NCBI GenBank assembly: GCA_016748015.1
Contig: JAAOMT010000620.1
Coordinates: forward strand, 613,684-677,683
Source of the DNA: Geosiphon pyriformis uo1
Lineage: Eukaryota > Fungi > Glomeromycota
Reading direction: 5' to 3'
Length of the DNA: 64,000 nt
Shown here: positions 37,345 to 54,400 of the stretch, in pieces
Position numbering within the stretch: position 1 is the first letter of the stretch
Layout: each line of letters opens with the position of its first letter
Translations under genes and position numbers: made by a program
The notes under the pieces: model-generated
What the model was told of the DNA's origin: nothing
What the model saw: only the letters and a program-made list of their open reading frames with translations
Databases searched by the model: none

Positions 37345-39226
37345 TTATTTTGATTGAAATACGTTGTTCATTTCTTTTCGATATTTAAATTGATCTTCCC
37401 GCATCATTTTGAAAACTTTATATTTCAATTCATTAAATTGGATCTCTTTTGAATTTTTTGTCGGATTAACAACATTACCCGCCTCTGACATCTGCGTCAT
37501 TACTTCCCAAAGAGTAAGGGTATTCCTCTGAATTTTTGTATCGTCTTGGTGATCTGAATTATCTTCACATTCTTCCACAAAAACCCCACTCGCCATAGCA
37601 CCACATATGGCAGCTCCGAAAACTACACTGGCTTCAATATAACGTGGTAGAACCACAACACATAATGTTGTGTTAGCTAAAGTCTCTACAAATAAAGAAT
37701 TGTTGCACAGACCTCCCGACAATAAAAGGGTAGTAACTTGATGTCCTGCATTATTCAATGACTCAATAATTTCTCTTGTTCCAAATCCAATTGACAATAA
37801 TACAGAATAATAAATAAGAGCGAGGGAATCGAGTGAAGCATCAATTGTTAAGCCTGTTATAGTTCCACGAAGAGAAGCATCAGCGATTGGGCTGCGATTC
37901 CCATGGAAATCGGGATAAACATGCAAATCTTTAACCAACAATTCAGGAAACTCGACTTTATCACGTGTTTGCAAAGCGATCAGATGATTATTAAGTAAGG
38001 TGTAAATAGACAAATTACGTTCTTGAGCCATCTTTTTAGCTTCGTTGCTGAAAGGATGGGAATTGACAATCCAGTCAATGAGTTTTCCGGTGGCAGATTG
38101 ACCACCTTCTGAGACCCAGAAATTGGGCATAATCACATCCCGATAAGGACCCCATATACCCTTCACAAATATTGGTTTTGGTGCCAATATTAGATGACAA
38201 GAAGAGGTCCCTGAAATTACCGCGAGTCTTTCTTGTACATCTTTATTTGGTGTTTTCGATGAGGATTTTTTTTTTTTTTCTGATGGTAAAATTGATCTAT
38301 TCGGTATCGGCGCAGCTAAAGTTCCTATAACACCAGCATATGCATCAATCACTGCTGATCCGACTTTGGTTCCTTCAAGCAAACCCAACTCTTTGGCAGC
38401 TTGTTTCGAAAGTCCGCCTACCAATTCACCAGCTGACCACATTCGACCACTGACCCCAGGAATACCCCCAAGGCGATAATATTTATCCAAAACGAATTCA
38501 CCTAAACCGATTGCTTCGAAAAAGTCATCATGCCATCCTTGATCCTCGCTAAATTCCCTATCAGGAGGCACAAACCCACATTTACATGCCAATGAACAAG
38601 TTGATCGTGCCAGAGAGCCAGTTGCACGATATGTCAAGAAATCTGAGAAATAAAAACATAAATAGGTTCCTGTTTATCAAGTGGATTTTAAAACATTTAA
38701 GGGATATCTTACCAGGCAAATCAAAAAAATGACCGATTTCTTCCCATCTTTCAGCAGGCATGTTCTCTTTTAACCATAATATCTTGGGCGTTTCCATTTC
38801 TAAACTAATTTTTCCACCTACGTAATTTAATACAGAATGTCCAGTGCTATTTATTTTTTCGGCTTGTTTTGTTGCTCTGTGATCAGCCCATAATATAATA
38901 TTACGTTCGTTCTCTTGAAATAAATTTTCGGATGAAATAGAGATTGGATTGCCAATTAAATCTAAAACGACCAATGAACATGTCCCATCGAAACCTATGC
39001 CTTTGATTTTTGGTCCATAAATCCCAGCTCTCTGCATGGCTTCTTTTACCGAGGTGCAAACACTTTGCCAAATGTTTTCGCTAGACTGTTCGAAAAAGTC
39101 TGTATATGGAGTCCAAGTTTTAATAGGTTGACTTGCTAGTCCAATTATCACACCTTTCGAGTCAACAACTGCCGCTCTGACTGAGCCCGTTCCAACATCA
39201 ACACCAAGAAAAAAATCACTTTCCAT
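37345..39226 (-). CDS. FGGY: FGGY-family carbohydrate kinase (D-ribulokinase/YDR109C-like), 2 exons
   Basis: GVDVGTGSVRA, GIGFDGTCSL, WADHRA, EMETPKILWLK, IDAYAG, GTSSCH, EGGQSATG, PDFHGNRSP.AD. One GT-AG intron at ~38645-38712. Confidence 0.93.
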
Positions 39227-39506
39227 TTAGTTTTATTCAAAACAAAATTTACTCAAAATCTACTTCTAGCAAGATTAAACAATCAGATATATTTTGTAAT
39301 GCAATTTTGCAACGACTGTCCTCAGCCAAGTACTTATCAATAAACTTATCAAATCAAGGGCATATTCAGTAACATTATCGGCAGATTATTACTAAATTTT
39401 TAGCATTCTGTTTCGCTATTTAGTCTTGAAGTTTCCCATCCTTAGTTCCGTAACTTTAGTAATTAACCAACTTATTTCTTGTCTCAAAGAGGAGTCTTTC
39501 TCAAAA

Positions 39507-42993
<3,487 letters not shown>

Positions 42994-43358
42994 GAAGGCC
43001 CAATTCGATAAATTTAATTAGATTGTTTTTGAGGAAATGTGTTTCTTTCACATTGGTTTTAGTGTCTTATCTTTAATTTACACATAGAATCTAGTTTAAT
43101 AAGTCTACACATAAATTGCCAAAAAATGAATATATATGAGGTATAAGATGTTAGGTTGAATGGATTTTTCAGCACACTAAAAAATTGAACAAGTTCATAG
43201 AACACCAGATTTTTGGAGTCTACTTGTATAACAAATGCAACTATTATGAAGAAGCGTCGCATGAAGTTTACCCAGGGTTTGTGGTGATATAAATCAGCTA
43301 AGCAGTGCAATTACATTTACCAAAAGTCTAACAAGAAATCAAGAAATTAATATTAATG

Positions 43359-44320
43359 CTAAACCAAAACACCAGAATACTGTGCTAAGGGATATTTCTT
43401 TTGGAGGGAGGGCCATTGAACAAGAAAGCGATCCACGAATCTAATCAATAATAATCCCGACAAAGAAAGATTATGCACTCGAGCAAACGATTCGATATAA
43501 ACCAAATGGGCCCATTTTATTCCCAAGATCTTGGAAATTTCATGATGTTAACATGGTTTTTTCATTATCGATAAGACGTGAAAATCAATCGGAAAGCCAT
43601 TAAAAAAACATACTCTTGGAATATAAGAGATAACACAAACAGGAATGCAACTTCCTGGCCCATTACATATGATCTGTTGTAGGCGAGCGATTTGAACAAG
43701 TTAGGATAATATAATTGTTAAAAATAACTTGAAAAAATTCCCAGCCCACCAGGTCTGGCAATTCTGTAAGGATTAGTGTTGAACAAGCCAACAAAGATTT
43801 GAGAACTGTAAATGGTGTTGATGACCAGGGTTGTCCGACTTCTCGGGCTCGTGGAATTTTTCTGATCATATACTTATACAGAAATCCATTATCCTATAGT
43901 TTAAAAATAAACAATTTATAGCTGCGAGTCTATTTCACTCACATCAACATCTTCCACACTTGATTCTCGCCTTTCAAATCCATGAACGTTCTTCTCGCTC
44001 AGGTGATCAGTAACCGCTAAGATATAAAGTCGTGGCCAATATTTTTTCCTATCTAAACCTTCTAAAAGCTGAAACATTTCCATAGTGTGGCCTCCTTTAG
44101 AGTTAATTTGCGGTCAACAGGAAAATTCCTTAAGCGGTTTTTTTTTCTATTAGAAGTAAGGGAACATATCTGTCATACCCGAGCCCAGAACAATGCAGGT
44201 CTTGCATGGTGATTTTGCTTTGACCTTAGAGAAACGTCTTTTTTGACTGTTGGGCAAAACCTGAAAAACTCTGTAAAGAAGACAGAGAATTAGAAAAGAA
44301 ATTATCAAGATAGTAAACAT
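43359..44320 (-). CDS. ALG14: UDP-GlcNAc transferase subunit Alg14, 5 exons
   Basis: N-terminal transmembrane segment, IVLGSGGHTMEM, IPRAREVGQPW, PDLIICNGPGSCIP, VYIESFARV..LSLSG, DRFLVQWP. Confidence 0.95.
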
Positions 44321-44530
44321 TATAATTGGCGAAATTAAAGCTGCGGTGGGTATTTTTGGTATTTCATCAATTCTTACCCAAGTTTAATTGGCACGTGCTA
44401 CTTGACATACCTCCACAATACCCCACAAGAATACCCTTCTTTGTAATTATATAACAAGTTACTTTTTGAGTTGGTAACTGATTATTGTCAAATAAGTAAT
44501 ATACAATTTTTTCTCGCTTGGTCTATTTTC
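44321..44530. promoter_or_regulatory. Short bidirectional promoter between ALG14 and PTS with palindromic GCACGTGC
   Basis: Divergent ATGs 210 bp apart. E-box at 44392-44397. Confidence 0.5.
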
Positions 44531-45472
44531 ATGCCACCAATTGCCTACATTAGTAGAATAGAAAATTTCTCTGCTGCACATCGTTTACATTCCCCCTTGC
44601 TGACACTAAATCAGAACAAAGAGATTTACGGCAAATGTAACAGCGAAAACGGCCATGGACATAATTATAAAGGTAGGCCTTTTTTGTGCTCTATGTCTCT
44701 ATGTTTTGCTCTTCTGATTCTTTGAACCTTTCAACTTTCTCATAAAGTGGAAGTTACGATACGCGGTCAGGTAAGTCAAAGGTTAAACATTAGACCTTAC
44801 CTTATACTTTAATTTCTTTGTTTCCCAGTTAAAAAGAAATTGCTTCTCTTTCTCAGATTGATCCACAAACGGGTATGATAATTAATATGATGGATCTAAA
44901 AGAATTCATGAAGTTATCAATCATGGAGGTCCTAGATCATAAAAATCTGGTAAGAGATGACATAATATTGAAAATTAACAAGATATACAGGTCTTTACCT
45001 TCTTGATCTCGATTTGTTTTATTATTATGTAAAGGATCTCGATGTTCCTTATTTTCAAAAAAGACCTAGGTAACAAAAATAATCGATCTCATTTTACTAA
45101 AAGTAATTATCTAGTCACTAAAAGGAAAAAACCCGAATTTTTTACTCAGCTTTTTAAATCTCTTAACTTTGAAATAGCACGACTGAAAACCTGGCCATCT
45201 TCATATGGCTTAATTTACGGAGGTTTCTGCCCCAGGAAAAAGCAAAATTGTATCAGGTTAAACTCCATGAAACTGAAAATAATTTTGTGGTGTTTCGTGG
45301 TGAAGGACTGGATAGTGGTGGGATTTTTGATGATGTTGATAATGTTTATCAATTAAACGAATCCATCTCTGTTGTTGATATCCTTGATAATGCCAATTAT
45401 GTAAGCAAACCTCAACATTTTTCCCAAGATTTTCAGACTAATGAAGCGCCGTATTTCTCTTCCAAAATTTAG
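44531..45472 (+). CDS. PTS: 6-pyruvoyl tetrahydropterin synthase, 5 exons
   Basis: FSAAHRLHS, YGKCN..NGHGHNYKVEVT.RG.IDP.TGM, LDHKNLDLDVPYF, STTENLA, LHETENN.V.FRGE. The catalytic Cys and three His are present. Confidence 0.95.
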
Positions 45473-45479
45473 TTATCTA

Positions 45480-47700
45480 GTCAACATTTTAAAGACTGTC
45501 GATCTGTTTTCTGACCATCTTTCCAACAAATAAGTAGAGGTCGAATGATGACCCAATTACAAAGAGTAGCAAAACAAAGAAGATATGGGTCTCCTTATAT
45601 TTGGGAACTATTCAACTATAGAACTGAGAGTTTTTTTGTCCAGCGAGCTTTCCACTAGACATAGCATTTTAAATCCCCTGAGCGATACATTTTCTCTATT
45701 TAGCAAGCGTCCTTTAAACAGGTAAGATATCATCTCATTCATATCTTTCATATCCTTAAAATCACGTTGGTAGTAAGGACAATGATCTTTGCTATTAGGA
45801 CTGATTTCCTCAAAAGTAAAAATACTTCCTCTTAAGTCGGATACTCGAGATTTAAGTATTCGTTGTGAATGGGATTTAACTTTATCAAAGTACTATTTTC
45901 CAATGCTGGATCTTTTTACTATAGTGATCACATGATTGATGAAATCGAAGTTGTTATTACATTTTATTATTCATTAATTACAAATAAAATTAAATAGTAA
46001 TATTATTTGTGTTTTATTTTTTTCTATCATAAATATTTTTTATTTGTCGTAATATCCATATTTATTTTATGTAAATATTTGGAATGTTACAAAAATATAA
46101 AATTTTGAATTCCAGAAAAGGTCAATGATTTTTTTCGGTTTTTTTGTTCATTTTCCCAACAGATAATGGAAAACAAAAAAGACCAATTTTATGTACCAAC
46201 AAGTTTTTGAACATTAATTGTACCTGTTTGAGGACTGCGAGAAAGCTCTGCCACGCTTGTAAGTAGAGAATTAATATTTGTAAGAAATCGCAGGATCAAT
46301 AAAGATTGCAGGATCAATAGAGATTGTATGAGCAAAGCCATCCGCTTGGGTTTCATGGAGCTGTTTTTGCGTTTCGTATACCCAGGCAAACTAGTTTTGG
46401 GATAACCTCTTTTTTTCGAAATGAGGAGGCCACAAACAATGCTTATCATTATCCAGAATGGTGGTAGGCTTATAACGATGTGTAATAAGCATTGAAGAAT
46501 TATGGAGATAGGTAACGTAAAAACAGTTCCATGTGGATTTCGAAAGTTTCTGTACACGAATTGTCATTATCTGTCGCACATCATTCGAGATCGAAATTAT
46601 AGTGTGTTGATAGAACTTGACAATTTGCATTACGCCTAATTACTTCTTCCCTAATGCTTTATCAATTGCCTCGTCGATTATATTCGCGGATGCTTTGCCG
46701 TGCACACTCGGAAGCAATATACAACAGTTCACATAAACTTGCGCTTGCCCCATACTGCAGCTTTTTCGGGTTTCTCATCTTCGTGTTCATTAGCATCTTT
46801 TCCTGCCCGGATATCTTAAGTTTATCTTTGACAGATTGAGGCCTGTTGTAATGAACCAATATGGAATTTTTGGTATAAAAGTGACGATATTCAGTAGACA
46901 ATAATATTATAAGCAGATCTCGTCAAGCCCAACCACCACTTCAAAAGCTGCTCTTGGGATGGTTCGGATACACCCTGATTAATAGTGTACAGTTGAGATT
47001 ATCTTCCATCTTTTGACGTTCGTGACGAGCTGCTGTCGCTTTTCCCTTGTTCTGACGCTCTCTTAGATGGCAGGTAGACCTCATTCCCTGCATGTGGCAG
47101 ATAAAGACTGTGTTGATGGCAAAAATGTCTTTAAGAGTTCATGGTCGTTGGAGGTCGCATCCTCGAATGGAGCCACGAGTTTTGCAGAATGGAGGAAAGA
47201 GATGTATTGCCAGAGGTCGAAAGCAAATCGCACCACAATTTTAAAAAGATTCCGCAGCTTGTTCGTTCCAATAGAGTCTTAAGTCCCGCTCGTTTGAAAT
47301 TGACGCGTTAAGTTAGTTCGAAAGCATACATCCAGAACAGTTGCACTTCAGTTGTAGGAAGACGCAGTTCCTCAACGAGAACGCAGCTCAGTAAAGTGCA
47401 ACGACCGACCTTACGCCAGAAGTGGCTATTACTCACTTCAGTAAGACGAGGACGCAGCTCGCTATACGTCGGTCCCTGGATGTTTACCTCATACTACAAT
47501 AATTACAAGTTATCTTACCTTCCATCTCCACAAGATGTACTTGGGTTGGGTGGTCCTTTGGAAACAATGATTGCAAAATCTCTTTGAATAAGGGATTGAT
47601 GCTGTGACCCGATATCGCTGGAGTTTGTAGGTTGAGAAGTCGAGGAGTTGCTTTCATCGCTCGAGATCCTCCCTTTGCTTTGTACCAGAGACACGGGCAT
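45480..47700 (-). pseudogene. Unidentified disrupted gene(s); coding-like fragments
   Basis: ATG-led exon 47700-47520 ends at a GTAAG donor. A ~95-codon open stretch lies at ~45610-45892. The intervening 46190-47490 is CpG-rich with short broken frames. No consistent spliced ORF was found. Confidence 0.35.
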
Positions 47701-47876
47701 AGACGTGGCCTTTCTTGGTAGCAGAAGAGAAAAGATGAGGTATTTTATTTTCGCGATTTTTGAACCTGATAAACATTACTAAGCCAACTGATTACTATTT
47801 TTATTTGATTGGCATTAAGCAAATCTTTTTATAGGTCATACTTTTCTTCCTTAATTTTAACCACTTAGAGTGTAAA

Positions 47877-50800
47877 ATGGTTCATGAATCTTTGACCTTG
47901 TAGGTTTCGTTTGCGAGTGAAATCTTTAGGCGTATCCGAGCAAATAGTGCCAAACAAGAACTTCTATGTAATATTTTTGTTTTTGTTAATGTTGATTAGA
48001 TGCATCAGCAACGAAATCTATACCTTTATTCCGTCTTTTCTGGACCCTTCAGCCCCTTCTCACAATTTGATTGTCAACCGTGACACTGGGCTTTTTAAGC
48101 TTGACAATGCTGGCATGTTTCGAATCGCTATTATTTTGTTTTCGAATACTCTTCATTACTATATTTTAACTTTAAAAATAATGTAAAATAAAGTACCTGA
48201 GCCTTCCTCACCAATCGTTCAAGTTGAAACTCTGACCGTGTATGGTATATACGGAGTCATAAAATTAATTGCTGGTATGTTGCTAGGATTTTGTGACCCT
48301 GAGTTTCAATAAAATTATAACTCCTTATTTTGTGGAAATAAACAAATTAAGGTGATTACTTGCTCGTGATTACTGAACGGGAACGTATCGGTAGATTGGG
48401 AAGTCATGATATTTTTATAGTAAAAAAAATCAGAGTACTTCCAATTCCCCGAGGTCAATCTCATCTCAATATCGCACAAGTATTATAAAGAAATTTTAAC
48501 TTCATAAAACTTTGATTATTTTCTTCGATTTGGTTGGAATCTTAATATTTTGGTTCAATTTGATTTCAGGCACAAGATGAAGTCCGGTATATAAAGTTGA
48601 TTGAGAATCAGCTCACATCTGGCTTATATTATTTTTCCTACACCTATGATTTGACCCATACTGCTCAAAGACGAGCACAATTCAGGGATAAGGAAGAAAA
48701 ACCTCTGTGGGAGAGAGTAAGATAATAGAGGAACCATATTTCATAGAATTAATTGCTTAGAATTGAAGATACCAATCTTTTTATTTTTATCGATAGGCTG
48801 ATGACCGATTTTTCTGGAATCGCTATGTTCAATCAAAATTAATCGACCTTAGTCTTAATAATTATCAGGGTGTAAGTTATTTATACAAAAGCTCTAATTT
48901 AACTACTCATTTCTCGTATTAATTTGCGTTTTGGACGTTGATTTTAGATGAGCGATTATATTCTTCCCGTAATTTCTGGGTGTACGTACCAATATTTCTT
49001 CATTACCCTTAAGTATTTTTTCATTCATTGACCTGATTCATTCATATTTTTAGTTGTTAAAATAATCCCGACTCGACTCAGCGACACGCCAATAGTGTTT
49101 AGCCTTATATCTCGTCGAAGCAGATTCCGTGTAGGCATGTATAAGTAACTAAAAGTCGATCAATCTATTTACTCTTGGAGAAAATAATATAATCAATTTA
49201 TAATGACAGGTACTCGTTTCTTTTCACGTGGTATTGATGAACACGGAAATGTTTCAAACTTTAACGAGACAGAACAACTAGTTTTATTGGACTCTTCTCA
49301 ACATGGACAAATTCAGCTTTCATATGTTCAAACGCGGGGTTCAGTTCCCATTTACTGGAGGCAAATCAGTAATTTGAAGTATACACCTAAATTACAACTC
49401 CTGGACCTCCCAAATACTGTACGTATTTGTAAAAAAAAAGCTGACATTTTCTTGGTATAAATTGTCTCCCATCTTTTTTCTTCCGTAGATTGAGGCATTT
49501 CGTCGACATTTTGACGAGCAAATTAGAATATACGGTAATCAGATTTTGATTAATCTTGTCAACAAAAAAGGATATGAGTATCCAATTGGCGAGGCTTATG
49601 AGAAAGCTGTCAAACAGCTGAACGATCCTCGACTGCATTACGTACATTTTGATTTTCATCATGAATGTCGTAAAATGCGATGGGACAGAATTCAGATTCT
49701 TATAGATACAATTAAAGAAGATTTAGCTGAACAAGGGTATGTTTAATACCTTGAATTTTTGCTTAATTCCAATAACTGAAAGGTTTCTCATGAAATTCAG
49801 GTATTTCTTCATGGAACAATCTGACTCTACCTTCTATATCCGAACACAAACGTCTATTGTGCGCACCAACTGTATGGATTGCTTGGATCGTACTAATGTT
49901 GTGCAATCGGCTTTGGCTAAATGGATTTTGACCCAACAATTGAGAGAGGTTGGGTTACTAAGTGATAGTCAACTAGTGGACGAGCTTACAGAATTCATGA
50001 GTTTGTTCAGAAATGGTATATGCCTTAACCTTTATCAATATATTTAACTTAAGTGTAAGGAAATATTTATCCTATTATTATCACTTTTTGGTTTAGTTTG
50101 GGCTGACAACGCGGATGCGGTCAGCCTTGCATATTCTGGTACTGGTGCCCTTAAGACCGATTATACTCGGTAAGCTTAAAGGTTGGTTAATTCTCATGTT
50201 GAAGGTTTTTTTCTCACAATTAAATTTTTTTATTCCCTAGCACTGGTACAAGGAGTAAAATCGGTGCTATTCAGGACTTTCACAACTCTTACATTAGATA
50301 TTTAAAAGGCAATTTCACGGATGGAGCTCGACAGGTATAATTTATTACTATTATTCCCTTTTCCCTCATTAACATGCAAAATCAACCATCCTATTTTCTT
50401 ATTTCAAGGACGCCTACGACCTAATATTAGGAAACTACAAAATACTTCCCCTATCTACACTTTCACCATTTGCTGATATAAGGCCCAACAATGTCAAAGC
50501 TGTGAGTTGTATTTCTTTAGAAAATCTATATTAACCAATGAGATCTATTTGCTAATTTTATTACTCACGTTTGTAGCTTCCACAGGCAATATTAATCGCC
50601 CTTTTCTTGCTTATAGCAACATTATTGGTTCCTCGCTCAGATGGTAATAAGATTATAAATTTTTTATATTGTTTTTGTAATTTAAAAGTGGCTAAAGATT
50701 TTCTCTTTTAGAATATCCCAACCTAACTAGGATCATTTTCTGGGGCATCATTTTTTGCATCATTTTATTAATTCAATATGCTTTTGAGCATGGTACAGAA

Positions 50801-50950
50801 TTCGTAAATTGGCCAAATCTCGTGCCACTGGAGTCTCGGTATCACGAAAAGCATGTTACGAATACCAGTTCACATAAGTCTTTGCACAGTCGACGAAAAA
50901 GTGAGTTAGTAGAATATGGTGAAAAAATTGAGTTGCAAAAACTTGATTAG
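47877..50950 (+). CDS. SAC1: Phosphoinositide phosphatase Sac1, ~16 exons
   Basis: YFSYTYDLTH, ADDRFFWN, LISRRSRFRVGTRFFSRGID..GNVSNFNETEQ, SYVQTRGSVP, HFDFHHEC, catalytic RTNCMDCLDRTNVVQ, WADNAD..S..YSGTGALKTD, and two C-terminal transmembrane segments. Confidence 0.96.
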
Positions 50951-51406
50951 AGAAATTTAGAATTTTGTATATAATCAACGAAAGTTTCCCTCACGCAAAT
51001 TATAGCTCCTAATCATGATGAATAAAACATAGTGTGACTGTCCTAGAGTTGTAATTAGTCTTGATTAGTTTCGATCAGTGCTGCAAGGTTGCCACACGTG
51101 TCCAGCAAAGTGTCATTATGACCCAATTTGGCATTTCATTAGCAGTAACAGCTAATATCTTCACTTGGCAAATAAGATGATGATCCACAGTCAATATCAT
51201 ATCAATTATTGAATTCTGATCGGTGAAGCTTCTCTTGCGTGTTTAGTTGACTATTATCTTTTGAAATGCTTTATTAATCTTCCAAATGGTTTTTGATGAT
51301 ATAATCCTTTTGAACATTCAACCCAGGTTTCCTGTTCACTTTATTTACCGAAATCTGTGCCTTTAAAAATAAATATTATCAATTTTTCCAAAACAATTCA
51401 ATTAAA

Positions 51407-54400
51407 ATGTGTTGTACGTTTTTTCAAAACTTATTATTTGTATTAATCACCATTTTGGTGTTTACGGGAGGCAAAACTGAAGCAGCATCGAAACAATATG
51501 TCACCTCTGATTCTCTTATATCACCGCGAGCCTTACATCTCCCACGAGAATTAAGGACTTTTGACAAGAACGTTCCCGAAGATTGTCCCCCTTGTTTTGA
51601 CTGTCACTTGTCAATATTTGAATGTCTGCACTTTGCCAACTGTAGTGACTATGATGGAAAGTGCAAGTGCCCACCAGGGTTTGGTGGAGAAGATTGCTCA
51701 AAGCCCCGTAAGTTGGAATATATATTTAGAATCTTTGATATCAATCATTCGCCTAAACCAAAATTTGGAGGGGGAGGAACGATTAAGGGGTGACCTTCGA
51801 TATCACGCGTTTTTAGGATCGAGCTTAATCTAACTCGAAAAATTATATATAGCGCGCAAGCTCAAATTCATTTTTCATAAAACAATTAATAGTCTGTAAT
51901 TCTTTGGCCGATGGACCAAATCGACACCCTAGAGAAGATGGCCAATTATGTCAGTGCTCAGAAGGATGGAGTGGTCTAAATTGCAATGGTAAATCTCGGT
52001 TAATATTTCAAGTTTCTCATGTATAAAATTGTTTGCTAAATCTGTGATGATTATTACTATAGTTTGCACCGCCAATTCTGCATGTGATCCTCTTGTGGCC
52101 ACAGGTATGAATGGTACCTGCTACAAAGGTGGACTGACGGTGAACGAAAACTTCCAAATTTGTGATGTGACAAGTAGGTAATTTTTAGAGCGTGTATTTA
52201 CAAATTAGAACAAATTAATTAATACATGATGTCCTTGCCTTATTTTCTACTAGATCGAAAGATTCTCGATATGCTTCCTGAACAGCCCCCTCAAGTTACT
52301 TTCTCTTGCAATCGTCCTGACGCAACATGCGATTTTCAATGTAAATATTTTAACCATTTTGCTCAACTTATCTTCTTTGTTTAATGTAATATTTATTATA
52401 ATTATTTAGTTTGGATTAATAGAACCGAATCATTTTACTGTCACTTGGATGAATGCTCCTTTGAGCGTGAGATAACCTATGAAAAAAATATCACACAATA
52501 TGACTGCAAAAACATCAAATGTAGATGCAAAGAAGGAGAAATGTTATGCGGGAAAGATAATTCTATTGGTATTCAATTTTTATCCAAGACTTTTGAAATT
52601 TAACATGACATCTCGATAAGGTTAATCTAAAAAGTTGAAAATTCATCTTTTTTAACTTCTTGGCAAATTAGATCTTACTGAGTGGCTGGTCGAGGAAATA
52701 AAGGGACCAGGAGCATTTAAATGTTATAATTCAAATGATTGCCGGTTTTCTGGCAAGTTGATTGTATTGAATCTTCAAAACACTCTTTGAACAGTAGGGC
52801 TTACAACTTAAAATTTATTCATGCCATTCCCTTCGATCATTTTCTAATTTAGAGCCAGCTATGAATGAGCTCATTCAATCGATATTTGGAGATCAATATA
52901 TTACACTTGATTGTGACAGTGGGGAATGCTTGCATTATACCCAAGTACCTGGATTTGTGGTATGTCTGTTTAATTTTTTAATATCGAGTCCGATCATTTT
53001 ATAATAATTTCCTTCAATCTCAAACAGAGACCAACCAAACCAGATAATACCAAGATGATCATCGCATCAGTCATCGCCGTCCTAGCTTTCGTTTTAGGGA
53101 TTTTTGGAGGTAATAATTCTCTTTATCAATATGGATGAAAATTATTTCATTTCTAGTGAATAAACATCATTCTGTAATACAGGCGTCTTTCATTTATCTC
53201 ACAATTGGAAGACATCAGGCGATTATAATTCTATAAGACTACCCGATGATGAGGCTGGGAAGCTTATGACCGACCACATACCAGCTAAACTTTTGTTTCA
53301 GAATGTCAGTTATTCTGTTAGCGAGAAACAAGTTCTTGATTCTGTTCATGGGGTTGTGAGGCCTGGTGAAATAATGGCAATAATGGGGGCTTCCGGAGCT
53401 GGTAAAACCAGTTTTTTGGACATTTTAGCTCGGAAAAATAAAGCAGGAACAATTAGTGGAGATATATATGTAAACGGATGCGTAATAAATGATGAGGAGT
53501 TTAAGAATGTCGTAGGGTATGTATTTCTTACTTAGGTCGAAATTAAAGTTCAAAGCTAAGAATTTACTATTTCTTCTTTCTCGGTATTAGTTATGTTGAT
53601 CAAGAAGATCATCTGTTGCCAACTCTTACTGTTTATGAGACAATCTTATATTCGGCATTGCTTAGATTGCCACGCAAAATGTCTTTAGCAGCTAAAAAGT
53701 TTAGAGTAATGGAGACGATGAGTGAACTAGGCATTCTTGAAATAAAAGATTCCAAAATTGGAGATGCTGGTAACCAAGCATCAAAAAATTTATTGAAATA
53801 TTTGTAAATATTAATTAATCCGTTGATAATAGGTACTCGATCCATATCTGGCGGAGAAAAACGGCGTGTCTCTATAGCTTGCGAATTAGTTACTTCTCCC
53901 TCTATTCTCTTCCTCGATGAACCAACCTCAGGGCTCGATTCGTACAATGCCTACAATGTGGTGGAGTGTCTTGTGACTTTGGCAAGAAATTATAATCGTA
54001 CGGTTGTATGTACTATTCATCAACCTAGAAGTAATATTTTTGCATTATTCGATCAATTGATCTTGCTCGCTGAGGGTCATATGGTTTATTCTGGAGAAGC
54101 AAGCAAGTGCCAGGAATATTTCGAGAGCATTGGTCATAAATGTCCACCTGGATTTAATATTGCAGACTACCTTGGTAGGTAAAATTGCCTCTCAAATGAC
54201 TGGGCAATTTGCAATTAAATTTAAATATTTCAAATCAAACTTACGATTTAAACAAATTTAGTTGATTTGACTATGTACGCCATCAAACCTCGTGATGAAT
54301 CCATTGACCAATCTGACCTTGCTGAGGGGCGATCAACTGCTATCTCCTCGGACATTAACTCAAATGCAGCACTAAATTCTGAGCGTTTATCTACAACTGA

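Noticed and set aside
43059-43310. ORF between CUL2 and ALG14
   Set aside because: Lies in the convergent 3' UTR region, has a non-ATG start and shows no motifs.
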